The notes under the pieces were generated by a model, which did not search any database, was not told the DNA's origin, and was given only the letters and a program-made list of their open reading frames with translations. DNA of 64,000 nt from Leptogorgia sarmentosa (lineage: Eukaryota). Positions 12,954 through 25,170 of this stretch are shown here, in pieces. Numbering within the stretch: the first letter of the stretch is position 1; each line of letters starts with the position of its first letter. The stretch lies in the NCBI GenBank assembly GCA_964658305.1, contig OZ210885.1, forward strand, positions 12,090,001 through 12,154,000, in the 5' to 3' direction. The translations under genes were made by a program, and so were the position numbers.

Positions 12954-14158
12954 CAGGCGCGGATCCAGACCGTGGCGAACGGTGCGCGAGCCACGGTCAG
13001 ATTTTCCCCACCTTAGATTTTGAATAACAATTTGAAATATATCCTTCAAAATCAAGGAAATCTACATCTATTGCAGCCTATTTGAATAACATTTTCCCTG
13101 ATTGTTCACATTATTTTATGTGGTGTCGTATTTCGCGTCAAACGCAATGAAAACGCCGAAATATTATGTTTCTTCAATAGCATAATCATTCAGTTGACAC
13201 TGAACTATAAAAACAGCCGAAACCGTACCGAAGTGTGCCGAATATGTTCGGTAAGCAGTCGCAAATTTGAAGCTGCCGCCTGCGATCACAGCCACAAATT
13301 TTGCCACGGTCAGTGTGCAGAAAGTTTCGCAATTGTTACTAAATATAGTAACATTCTGCCACGGTGCAGAGGTGCAAACCAATCACAGGGCCAGCTGTGG
13401 TCATGTGCGCCACGGTGCGCCACGGTGCGCCACGGTGCGCCACGGTGCGCCACGGTGCGCCACGGTGCGCCACGGTGAGCGTAGTTTTATTGCGCAATGC
13501 AAATGATCAACGATGAGGTTCGGTACTCGTCGGACTTGACGGGATAGAATTTCATAACAAACTATACTTATCGAATGCTTGTTAGAATGGAGGCTTTTGA
13601 AAAGCTCGATGTTCTCAAGAAGCTCGTTGAAATCTTTCAAAAGGCGAAGATATTTCAGGGAAGTTATCGCTCTTGAGGCAACAATGTGATAAATTTATCA
13701 CTGAAGGAAAGCTGCGTCGTATAAAATCTACAGGCGACATCGTATTGCGAGTGTGCGAATTTTCAAAACTGCAGTTCCCCAAGAGTCAAATTGAAAGATC
13801 TGGGCCTAATATCCATGTTAAGTAAGAATTTTTAATCGTTTTATATTAAATTTGCATTTGCGCTAGGGCCAGGGAATATTTGTGTATGCAAATTTTATAT
13901 ATGTAAATAATATTTGAAGTTGGTCAATTGTCAAATAGTAATATGATCTCGAGCACATGGCGATGACCGATTTCCAATAGAACATAAATTTTCTCTCTAA
14001 AATATGGCGGAATTAATGGCGAATTATAGATAGAATTCGATGCTCTGAACGCAGGAAATGTGTTCAAATTTCAAAAATTTACCGGGGGGGGCGGACCCCC
14101 CTGGTTATGCGAGTTTTTGACCCTGCCACGGTCAGATTTAATGCTGGATCCGCGCCTG
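12954..14158. mobile_element. MITE nested in the P element, 5-bp TSD (hAT5-like)
   Basis: TIR CAGGCGCGGATCCAG; TSD CATCA (12949-12953, 14159-14163); many GCCACGGT motifs. Confidence 0.75.
13406..13478 (+). repeat. 10-bp tandem repeat (GCCACGGTGC) x about 7
   Basis: Direct reading; the core matches the dispersed GCCACGGT subterminal motif of the host MITE. Confidence 0.9.
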
Positions 14159-14270
14159 CATCATTCAACACCGCGCGTCGATATTTATAGCTATATTATA
14201 TACAGCGACACAAATCGGCTTTACAAACTCTTCGAGAAAATCACTCTGTTCTGGCGCTGTTTGAATTATA

Positions 14271-15041
14271 CAGGGTGTATCAAAAAAAAGTTTACTCGCG
14301 AAAAATGTCTTTTAGGCCGAAGCGCACGCACCCCATTGCAAACCATTGGTATATCTAAGTAGTTTGAGCCCTTCGGATACATCCTACACTAAAAGTTTGC
14401 AGAAAACGACCATTTTACGACTACGAAAAGTGTTATAAAAAGCCGTAGTAAAAATGGCTTGCGCGAAAAAATGTGAGGCGAAAAATGCAATTTGATTTGA
14501 CAGCCTAAATCTATCGAACAAGTTTCATAAGTTATTCAAGTTTTGAGAAATTTGGTGCACGCTGAGACGAACGTGCGATGTCCGAAAACTGGATTTTCCG
14601 CAATTTCTTCGCGTAATTACGTACCTTTGGGAATTAGCTTCCAATTTGCATTGGTAATTAATGCAAATATCCAATTATGCATAAATTAATCGGTAATCAC
14701 GCAGGAAAGAACGCAAAATCCAGTTTTCGGACATCGCACGTTCGTCTCAGCGTGCACCAAATTTCTCAAAACTTGAATAACTTATGAAACTTGTTCGATA
14801 GATTAAGGCTGTCAAATCAAATTGCATTTTTCGCCTCACATTTTTTCGCGCAAGCCATTTTTACTACGGCTTTTTATAACACTTTTCGTAGTCGTAAAAT
14901 GGTCGTTTTCTGCAAACTTTTAGTGTAGGATGTATCCGAAGGGCTCAAACTACTTAGATATACCAATGGTTTGCAATGGGGTGCGTGCGCTTTGGCCTAA
15001 AAGACATTTTTCGCGAGTAAACTTTTTTTTGATACACCCTG
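14271..15041. mobile_element. Tc1/mariner-type foldback MITE nested in the P element
   Basis: TA|CAGGGTG...CACCCTG|TA; 327-bp nearly perfect TIRs (14271-14597 / 14715-15041); ends 27 bp upstream of the transposase ATG. Confidence 0.9.
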
Positions 15042-15067
15042 TATATTGAAATTGAAATCTTAAATAC

Positions 15068-18000
15068 ATGCCTGGGCGTAATTGCGCCTTTTTTGGCTGC
15101 CCAACAAGCCAAAAACACGGGCTTTCTTTGTTCAAATTACCGGCTACTCGCAATGACGATAGCGAACATACTGTTGCATTGAAGACCAAAGCAAGAGAAG
15201 AATGCCTTCGACTAATATTGCGAACAAGAGATCGAATTGACGGCGGAGTTAAAGAAACGTATTGCGGCGAGCAATCTCTATGTTTGCGAGCTGCATTTCA
15301 AGCCAGATTGCATTTTAACAAGTAAGTTTGAGTTGATATTTGCGCTTGATATTCAAATGCGACATGGCACAATGACCACATGACGTCGTAGAACAAAGAA
15401 CTCTTTATAGTGTTTATACGAATGTTAATAAGTCTCTTATGCAAATATTTATACCTATCTTTAGATCCGAAAAGAAAAATTCTTGTTACTGGCAGCGTTC
15501 CGACCGAAAATTTACCGAAGAGAAGCCATGAAATAGAGACAAAGGAACGGCGAACCCTGGTACGAACCCCTCTCCTGGCCGAAGTTAAACCATCTACTTC
15601 AGCTTCGTCGTCGTTGTCGTTGCTAGAACAGCTAGATGAAGAGTCATTTGCCCCATGGGAATCAGAAAAGATGGAAAACGGTGACATGCAATTTAAGTTG
15701 TGTGATGGTGTTCACAGTATTGCCAAATACACTGTTAGTGTAAATTCAGCATTGGAATTCACTGTTATGGTATTCCATTGGCCCCTGCCAGAGGATCACG
15801 CCATTTACACTGAAAGAAAGCGTTCAATTAGAGGTGAGGGGGTTAAGGAACTTCTGTCGTTAGTTGAGAACTCCAGCTTGTGTGATGGATTGCCTGAAGA
15901 TCATCTGACAAAATCGGTGGCCGTTGACCCAATCTCGGACATCACCCAACAACTTCCAGGGACAGTTATCCGACATTCAGTCCCCAAACGTTTATCCCCA
16001 ACCCATTTTGAGGTGTCTGTTAAGCCCATGCCCAAGTGCTAGAAGTATGCTGGAGAGAGCAGAAAGAAAAAAGTCAAGGGCATCATCAACTCCAGCCAGA
16101 AGCAAGGCATCCCTGAGTGCATGTGGGCCTGAAAAGTTACGTGCTACTGTTATCGAGACGAGACTGAAATGTAAGACATTAGAAGATCAGCTGGAAAAGT
16201 TGGAAAGAAAATTAATGATGAGGGAGTGAGTGTTAGCGATTCGCTGGAGAAAGACCTTCTCAAAATAATGGCAGGGCAAAATCTGGAAGCTTCTCCACAT
16301 ATGAAGTTCTTCTGGCAAGAGCAAATGAAGCTTCTGCAAGCCAAGAAACTGGGAAGGAGATATCACCCTCAGATCATCAGATTTGCTTTGTCCCTTCATG
16401 GAAAGTTGCCATCAGCATATCGGGAACTGAGAGATAGTGGTGCATTAATTTTACCAAGCGAGAGAGTTCTAAGGGACTGCAAAAACTATTTCAGGCCAAA
16501 GGCAGGAATCAACAGTGAGAACATTGAAGATTTGCGAGGGAAAACTGCCAACTTCAATGATATGCAGAGATATGTTGTGGTTGTCATGGATGAAATGAAA
16601 ATCCAATCAAATCTTGTCTTTGATAAGTATTCTGGGGATTTGATTGGATTTATTGATCTTGGGGATCGGATGACCAACTTTGCCAACCTCCAAGAAGAAG
16701 ATGCCTTGGTCAGTCATGCGTTGGCATTTCTTGTAAGAGGAATGTGCACTGACTTAAAACATGTCATTGCATATTTCTTTACAGGAAATGTCACATCATT
16801 CCAGTTAATGCCCATTTTCTGGAAAGTGGTTTCTACTCTGGAGATATCGCTGAAGCTGTGGGTGTGTGCTGCAGTAAATGATGGTCCTTCTCCGAACCGC
16901 AAGTTCTTCCGCCTCCATGCCAAATTAGCAGCTGACCTGAAGTGTGATATTGTATGCAAGACACCAAATCTTTTTGCAATGTTACGGTCCATCTACTTTT
17001 TTGCAGATTCCCCTCATTTGATAAAAACTGCAAGGAACTGCTTATACAATTCTGGGTCTGGTTCATGTAGCCGTTACATGTGGAATGATGGCAAGTATCT
17101 TTTATTCAGGCACATTGCAAATCTGTACTACAGCGACCAACAGTTTGCTCTCCACGCTCTTCCCAAGCTGACGTTGGATCATATTGTTCTTACGCCGTAC
17201 AGTAAGATAAGGTAATTAATAATACCGTACTATTTAGGAACTCTAGTAAAATACATCTAGCAGATGGGCAATGTATTTGGATATTAATAAGGCATTTTTG
17301 TTGTTACTCTTTTTATTTATTTCTTCCCTAATTACAAACACGAGAATAAGCAAATGAGTAACAACAAACTGTCATTGTTGTAAAATGTACTGTATGGTTG
17401 CAAATAATTAATTGCATTGATTTTTTATTTATTAGGTGAAGTTGGCTACCCAAGTCTTAAGTACATCTGTTGGTATGGCACTGGAAGAAAGTGGAGATGA
17501 TGATGTCCTTGCAACAGCAAATTTCTGCAAAATGATGAATGATTTCTTTGACTGCACAAATGTGAGATCAATGACTGAACATGTCAGTAAAAGAAATCAA
17601 TTCATCAAGCCATACACCTTCCCAGATGATGAGCGATTCAGCTGGCTGAAAGATGTGTTCTTGGGGTACCTGGATAGTTGGAAAGATTCGACAATGACAA
17701 GAGATGGCGAATTCTCCGCTAACGACAGAGGGAAGATGTTTCTTTCCACTCAGACATACGAGTCTCTCAAGATCTCTGTCTACTCCCATATTGAGGCAAT
17801 TTAGTTCTTGCTTGCTCAGGGATTTCAATACGTTCTCAGCGAGAGATTTATGCAGGATGTAGTTGAAGACTACTTTGGGCACCAAAGAGCAAAAGGTGGA
17901 CGGTCAGACAACCCAACAGCACAACAATTTGGTTATAATGAGCTCACCATTGCAGCACAAAGGGATATTGCACCGGTTGTACGTGGTAATGTTGGTGGTC

Positions 18001-18068
18001 GCTATGGGAAAGAGAAGTGGTACAAAGTCAGTGACGAACCAGTCCATAAGAGAAAGAAAAAGGAGTGA
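15068..18068 (+). pseudogene. THAP-domain P-element/THAP9-type transposase, spliced, inactivated
   Basis: THAP MPGRNCAFFGC...CELHF...GSVPT split by intron 15322-15464; second intron 17212-17435; motifs DEMKIQ, FFADSPHLIK, RFMQDVVEDYFG; frameshifts near 15230, 16030 and 16220; in-frame TAG at 17802-17804. Confidence 0.9.
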
Positions 18069-18461
18069 TTATATTATCTAAATAGAAAGTTGATTTGTGT
18101 GTAAGCATTTGAATTTTGAAAAGCTGTTCTGAGTTTTCCTTTGTCTTTCACAGAAGTAAGTACAGTAATTCTGATTTCATTAAAGGAATGTAAAAAGCTC
18201 AGAATGATTTGAATAAACATGATGCTAATTACAGTAACAAATGATCTATCTATTGACAATTCACTATTAAAATGTGAATTTCTGCCACTGAAAGTACAGT
18301 ATTTCAATTTTGTAAAATCCAGGCCAGCAAAAGATATATTTAAAAAGCTTTATTAAAACATGGTACGTTCAGTATTTCCCTAATAAAAGTTCTTATTTAA
18401 TACATGGTTCCTCTACTATTTACACTATTTACATACAGTTCATTTCCCATCAGATTTCCCA

Positions 18462-19692
18462 TCAGATTTTTTGTTTCATGTTCTTTCTAAGTGCCCTTTT
18501 TTTCACTTCCTTTTCTCTCATCTTATATTTCACTACATAATCTTTAACATAGGAAAAAGATCTTACTTTCAAATAAAGTTTGACAACGTTTTCCAAACAT
18601 AATTTTGTAGTGGAACTATCTGAATTTATCCCGGATGCGAGTACAATGTTATCCCACAATGATTTTACTGTGGGGGACTCCAGCGTAGAAAGGCATACCT
18701 TGTCAGTAGGTATATTCCTTAGAACCAGTTTGGATTTGCTAATTTCGCTTCTAAAAAGGACTTCGGCTTCCTCTAAGATTCCTACCAAATCATTGCATGG
18801 TGTGACCAAGCCACCTCTTGTCCGGGCTGATATGAAACTGTTCGACTCTGCAGATTTCATATTCTGCAGTAATGCTTGAAATTCCTCGTTTTGTGTGGGC
18901 TAGACTTTTCTTTGTTCCTTTTGAACATTTGTGAAACAACATACCCACCAACATAGGAAAGAGGCCCAAGTTCAGCTGGATTGATTTTGACAGGTTGTTC
19001 AGCACCAGAGCTAGATTCTCCTTTATCTCTCATTTGGCTTATGTTATAAAAGCCAACTAAATGATCTGGAATGTGAATCATAATCAGGTTTGCTACTTTG
19101 AAGTCCCCACAGTTCAACAATTCGCATGATCTCGGTATTAAGCCATAGAAATCCTCGAGCAGCTTGTCTTGATTTTTCTTGGTAATAAATGTTTCATACA
19201 ATGGCAAAATAGCTTCGAACAGAGCTTCACCCGCTGATAACGTTTTTAAGCTAGTGTTTATTTCATCGCCATATATATTTTCTTGTGTTATATTGTTTTT
19301 TATTGTTTCCACAATCGAAGCCGTTGTAGCTTGACAAAGACCTGTGTTTACACGTGAACCCGAATCAACACTTTCGCCTCTATGTTTCGAGTTGCTATGT
19401 CTCGTTAGTCCACCTTTCGATTTACATATTTTACCACACTTCGTGCAAGGAAATTCTTTCTGACCTTCGATTTCAACCAAAGCATCAATAAACTCTTAAT
19501 CTACTTCTGTAACGTCAGCCTCAGTAAGATCACGATTGGCAAGATCGACAGAAATATTCATATGATATAAATCACCAACTTCTGAAATCTCATCCTCGCT
19601 GTCACACTCCAAGCGACGTTCCTCTGCCTCATCCGCTAATTTTTCTTCTAAATGTGCCATAACCTCAAGATTAAGATTCATTTCACGCTCCA
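18462..19692 (-). pseudogene. Second, convergent P-element gene: acidic N-terminus, C2H2 finger, and a region like the P/THAP9 transposase C-terminal domain
   Basis: ORFs 19496-19705 and 18857-19480 are in frame across TAA 19496-19498; frameshift near 18890 joins to 18462-18860; motifs CTKCGKICKSKGGLTRHSNSKH, LSYVGGYVV, RGGLVTP, KLYLKVR. Confidence 0.7.
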
Positions 19693-21154
19693 TAACAAGA
19701 AACAAAAATTTTAGACCGGCCTCAGAAGCTATAAAGCAAACAAAACGCTTTTGATTGTGTCAAACCACTCCTCGGAAGTATCAAATTACAAGTTGCGAAG
19801 CTCGCTCGATGAACACTTCGCATCACGTGATATTTTTCTCTTTGATCCTCCACATCATTTGCCGCCCTCTTTGAAGTTTCGCCGCTAGCCTAACCATCTA
19901 GGTCTACTAACCGTGATTTTACTAAATTCATATGAACCTAGCCTCAATCTTGTTAATTTTTGTGCTTCAAGTACTGCACCATGTTCAAAAACTACTATTT
20001 TTACGTAGAACAGATTTACCTGGAAATTCAAATCTTGTAGATACTCGTGTATAATTAGCAAATCGGAATAGTATACTATTTCTCAATGCTCGACTTCATG
20101 CTCAGTTTATTTAAGGTATGGCAATGTTGATCAGCGCCCCACGCCAAGCTGAAAGCTTGGCGTGGAGTTGCGGCGCACGACTCACCCGAATTCTGGGGTG
20201 GGTGGGTCGCTCGCCACTTGCTTCTCAACGGTGTAACTGAACAAGAGCCGAGTTTATGGCGTTTTCCACCTTTTTGTATCTGCGTGACGTAGAGACGCAG
20301 ATATATTGCTATCGTGTTGTTAGCTGTTAGCTGTTAGCTGTTAGCTGTTAGCTGTTAGCTGTTAACTGTTAGCTTGCAGCCAATCAGCGAATTCGTTAGT
20401 TAAATTTAGCCAATAGGCGACAACGTAACATTGAGATGACGTAATTCTCACTGAGCCCACCCGCAAATTTAAGGGAACCAACGTGGAGTTCTTGCGGGCT
20501 AAATATTACAAAATGGCGGCTGATATAGGCGCGAGCTAAAGAGTGGTGATGTGTTTGTCTGATTGATCGTGGATTTTGTTTCGCATGAATATCCAGATAA
20601 AAAGAAATATAATGTTCGCAGCGACGAGCGACTTCACTGAAATAGAGGTTAATTTATGAGCGTTTGCGCCGTTTAGAACACTATTTATACTAAGGAAATT
20701 TATACGCAAAAATATCATGACACAAATTGCAGACATTGGCATTGCTTTTAAAGATATTAATTAAAGAGGTTCGCGTTCGCTATGCAATTTAGATCATCAA
20801 AGCAAAAATATCATGACGCAATTTATACAATTGAACACGGCAAATATTTAAGGTTATGAAAGAGTTTAATGACTTGACACAATTGCGCGTATATTTTCCC
20901 TACGATACTTTAGCGCGTCGGCATTGTCGCACTGACACACTGTACATGTTTGGACTGCCCGCGATGTCATTGTGGTCACGGAATATCCACTATATTTTCA
21001 CGCTTCGCCACACAGAATGGTTGAAACATTCAATCCCAGAAAAATAGAGTTTCGTAGCGTGTAATAAAACGGGTTTGTGCGTTTATTAAGCGCGAGACAA
21101 AACGGAGCGATTATGGAATACCCGTCCACTTTTGAAACTATGACTTGTTATCAT

Positions 21155-22005
21155 GATACGATGATACGAAGTGAGATTACTGACGTAATATATAGTAAGT
21201 CCGAGCAAGCTTAAAGGTCCTGAGCAAGGTATTTTTTCGTGATACGATGATACGATGATACGAAGTGAGATTACTGACGTAATATATAGTAAGTCCGAGC
21301 AAGCTTAAAGGTCCTGAGCAAGGTATATTTTTTCGTGATACGATGATACGATGATACGAAGTGAGATTACTGACGTAATATATAGTAAGTCCGAGCAAGC
21401 TTAAAGGTCCTGAGCAAGGTATATTTTTTCGTGATACGATGATACGATGATACGAAGTGAGATTACTGACGTAATATATAGTAAGTCCGAGCAAGCTTAA
21501 AGGTCCTGAGCAAGGTATATTTTTTCGTGATACGATGATACGATGATACGAAGTGAGATTACTGACGTAATATATAGTAAGTCCGAGCAAGCTTAAAGGT
21601 CCTGAGCAAGGTATATTTTTTCGTGATACGATGATACGATGATACGAAGTGAGATTACTGACGTAATATATAGTAAGTCCGAGCAAGCTTAAAGGTCCTG
21701 AGCAAGGTATATTTTTTCGTGATACGATGATACGATGATACGAAGTGAGATTACTGACGTAATATATAGTAAGTCCGAGCAAGCTTAAAGGTCCTGAGCA
21801 AGGTATATTTTTTCGTGATACGATGATACGATGATACGAAGTGAGATTACTGACGTAATATATAGTAAGTCCGAGCAAGCTTAAAGGTCCTGAGCAAGGT
21901 ATATTTTTTCGTGATACGATGATACGATGATACGAAGTGAGAATAATGACGTAATATATAATAAGTCCGGGCCAGCCTAAAGGTCCTGGGCAAGGTATAT
22001 TTTTT
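21155..22005 (+). repeat. 96-bp tandem array, about 9 copies (left arm)
   Basis: Lines at 21241 and 21721 are identical (480 = 5x96); 32-aa periodicity in spurious ORF 21177-21878. Confidence 0.92.
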
Positions 22006-22217
22006 CCTGGCTAAAGGATATACCTTTCCTACCAACTAAGACGAATTAGTAGGCAGCTCGCTCACTGACTAAAATGATAAAGGGACCTTTATCCTGACAT
22101 ACTATCGATGACCGTGACGCTTACGCTCCTAACATGTCTCTATAAGATACAGTAAATCCGAGATAAATAAATGTGTTCCGTTAAAAACGCATGGACACAA
22201 GCTAATCCCTTTCAAGA

Positions 22218-24523
22218 AACCCGAACAGTAAACACTGACCCTCACATTAAACACTAACCCGAACAGTAAACACTGACCCTAACATTAAACACTAACCCGA
22301 ACAGTAAACACTGACCCTCACATTAAACACTAACACGAACAGTAAAGACTGACCCTCACATTAAACACTAACCCGAACAGTAAACACTGACCCTAACATT
22401 AAACACTAACCCGAACAGTAAACACTGACCCTCACATTAAACACTAACCCGAACAGTAAACACTGACCCTCACATTAAACACTAACCCGAACAGTAAACA
22501 CTGACCCTAACATTAAACACTAACCCGAACAGTAAACACTGACCCTCACATTAAACACTAACACGAACAGTAAACACTGACCCTCACATTAAACACTAAC
22601 CCGAACAGTAAACACTGACCCTAACATTAAACACTGACCCTAACATTAAACACTAACCCGAACAGTAAACACTGACCCTCACATTAAACACTAACCCGAA
22701 CAGTAAACACTGACCCTCACATTAAACACTAACCCGAACAGTAAACACTGACCCTAACATTAAACACTAACCCGAACAGTAAACACTGACCCTAACATTG
22801 AACACTAACCCGAACAGTAAACACTGACCCTAACATTGAACACTGACCCTAACAGTAAACACGGACCCTAACATTAAACACTGACCCGAACAGTAAACAC
22901 TGACCCTCACATTAAACACTAACCCGAACAGTAAACACTGACCCTCACATTGAACACTAACCCGAACAGTAAACACTGACCCGAACATTGAACACTAACC
23001 CGAACAGTAAACACTGACCCGAACATTGAACACTAACCCGAACAGTAAACACTGACCCGAACATTGAACACTAACCCGAACAGTAAACACTGACCCGAAC
23101 ATTGAACACTAACCCGAACAGTAAACACTAACCCGAACAGTAAACACTGACCCTCACATTGAACACTAACCCGAACAGTAAACACTGACCCGAACATTGA
23201 ACACTAACCCGAACAGTAAACACTGACCCGAACAGTAAACACTGACCCGAACAGTAAACACTGACCCTCACATTAAACACTAACCCGAACAGTAAACACT
23301 GACCCTCACATTAAACACTAACCCGAACAGTAAACACTGACCCGAACATTGAACACTAACCCGAACAGTAAACACTGACCCGAACAGTAAACACTGACCC
23401 GAACAGTAAACACTGACCCTCACATTAAACACTAACCCGAACAGTAAACACTGACCCTAACATTAAACACTAACCCGAACAGTAAACACTGACCCTAACA
23501 TTGAACACTAACCCGAACAGTAAACACTGACCCTAACATTGAACACTGACCCTAACAGTAAACACGGACCCTAACATTAAACACTGACCCGAACAGTAAA
23601 CACTGACCCTCACATTAAACACTAACCCGAACAGTAAACACTGACCCTCACATTGAACACTAACCCGAACAGTAAACACTGACCCGAACATTGAACACTA
23701 ACCCGAACAGTAAACACTGACCCGAACATTGAACACTAACCCGAACAGTAAACACTGACCCGAACATTGAACACTAACCCGAACAGTAAACACTGACCCG
23801 AACATTGAACACTAACCCGAACAGTAAACACTAACCCGAACAGTAAACACTGACCCTCACATTGAACACTAACCCGAACAGTAAACACTGACCCGAACAT
23901 TGAACACTAACCCGAACAGTAAACACTGACCCGAACAGTAAACACTGACCCGAACAGTAAACACTGACCCTCACATTAAACACTAACCCGAACAGTAAAC
24001 ACTGACCCTCACATTAAACACTAACCCGAACAGTAAACACTGACCCTCACATTGAACACTAACCCGAACAGTAAACACTGACCCGAACATTGAACACTAA
24101 CCCGAACAGTAAACACTGACCCGAACAGTAAACACTGACCCGAACAGTAAACACTGACCCTCACATTAAACACTAACCCGAACAGTAAACACTGACCCTC
24201 ACATTAAACACTAACCCGAACAGTAAACACTGACCCTCACATTAAACACTAACCCGAACAGTAAACACTAACCCGAACAGTAAACACTGACCCTCACATT
24301 AAACACTAACCCGAACAGTAAACACTGACCCTCACATTAAACACTAACCCGAACAGTAAACACTGACCCTCACATTAAACACTAACCCGAACAGTAAACA
24401 CTGACCCTCACATTAAACACTAACCCGAGCAGTAAACACTGACCCTCACATTAAACACTAACCCGAACAGTAAACACTAACCCGAGCAGTAAACACTGAC
24501 CCTCACATTAAACACTGACCCGA
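22218..24523 (+). repeat. 19/38-bp minisatellite resembling degenerate (TAACCC)n
   Basis: Dimer TAACCC GAACAG TAAACAC / TGACCC TMACAT TAAACAC; variant ACGGACCC recurs 703 bp apart (22861, 23564). Confidence 0.92.
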
Positions 24524-24744
24524 ATGACACTATTCATTGTTTTCGCATGTTTAGTGTGCGGTTGGTCTTTAAAGAACGAGATATAAAAACAATATGCATA
24601 AGTAAATGCATAATTATTTTCACTTGATTTAATTGTATTAGGAAACGCATGCTTTTTGAATAATCGCGGGTAAATCACATTTAAGTTGGTATCATCATAT
24701 CAAGGAAAAATAGATGTTGGCAAGGCTTCTTTAAAATATTTTGC

Positions 24745-25170
24745 TACATTACATTACGTCATTATTCTCACTTCGTATCATCGTATCATCGTATCACGAA
24801 AAAATATACCTTGCCCAGACTCCTTTAAATACTCGGTTATATTACATTACATCATTATTCTCACTTCGTATCATCGTATCATAGTATCACGAAAAAATAT
24901 ACCTTGCCCAGGACCTTTCAGCTTGCCCGGATTTACTATTATATTACGTCATTATTCTCACTTCGTATCATCGTATCATCGTATCACGAAAAAATATACC
25001 TTGCTCAGGACCTTTAAGCTTGCTCGGACTTACTATATATTACGTCAGTAATCTCACTTCGTATCATCGTATCATCGTATCACGAAAAAATATACCTTGC
25101 TCAGGACCTTTAAGCTTGCTCGGATTTACTATTATATTACATCATTATTCTCACTTCGTATCATCGTATC
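24745..25170 (-). repeat. 96-bp tandem array, about 4.5 copies, inverted relative to the left arm
   Basis: Reverse complement of the 21155-22005 unit; inner copies more diverged. Confidence 0.9.

Larger units (their letters stand above)
12855..19915 (+). mobile_element. P-element superfamily transposon, full-length but decayed, two convergent genes
   Basis: 30-bp perfect TIR CACGGTTAGTAGACCTAGATGGTTAGGCTA; 7-bp TSD ATTTTAC (12848-12854, 19916-19922); THAP plus P-type DDE transposase inside. Confidence 0.92.

Noticed and set aside
13164..13640. ORFs with RHGAPRCATV repeats
   Set aside because: Products of the 10-bp tandem repeat.
20139..20165. Perfect 12-bp hairpin resembling an intrinsic terminator
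   Set aside because: Eukaryotic intron and no U-tract; probably a repeat remnant that I cannot assign.
21177..21878. 233-aa repeat-protein ORF
   Set aside because: Stop-free frame of the 96-bp tandem array inside a foldback element.
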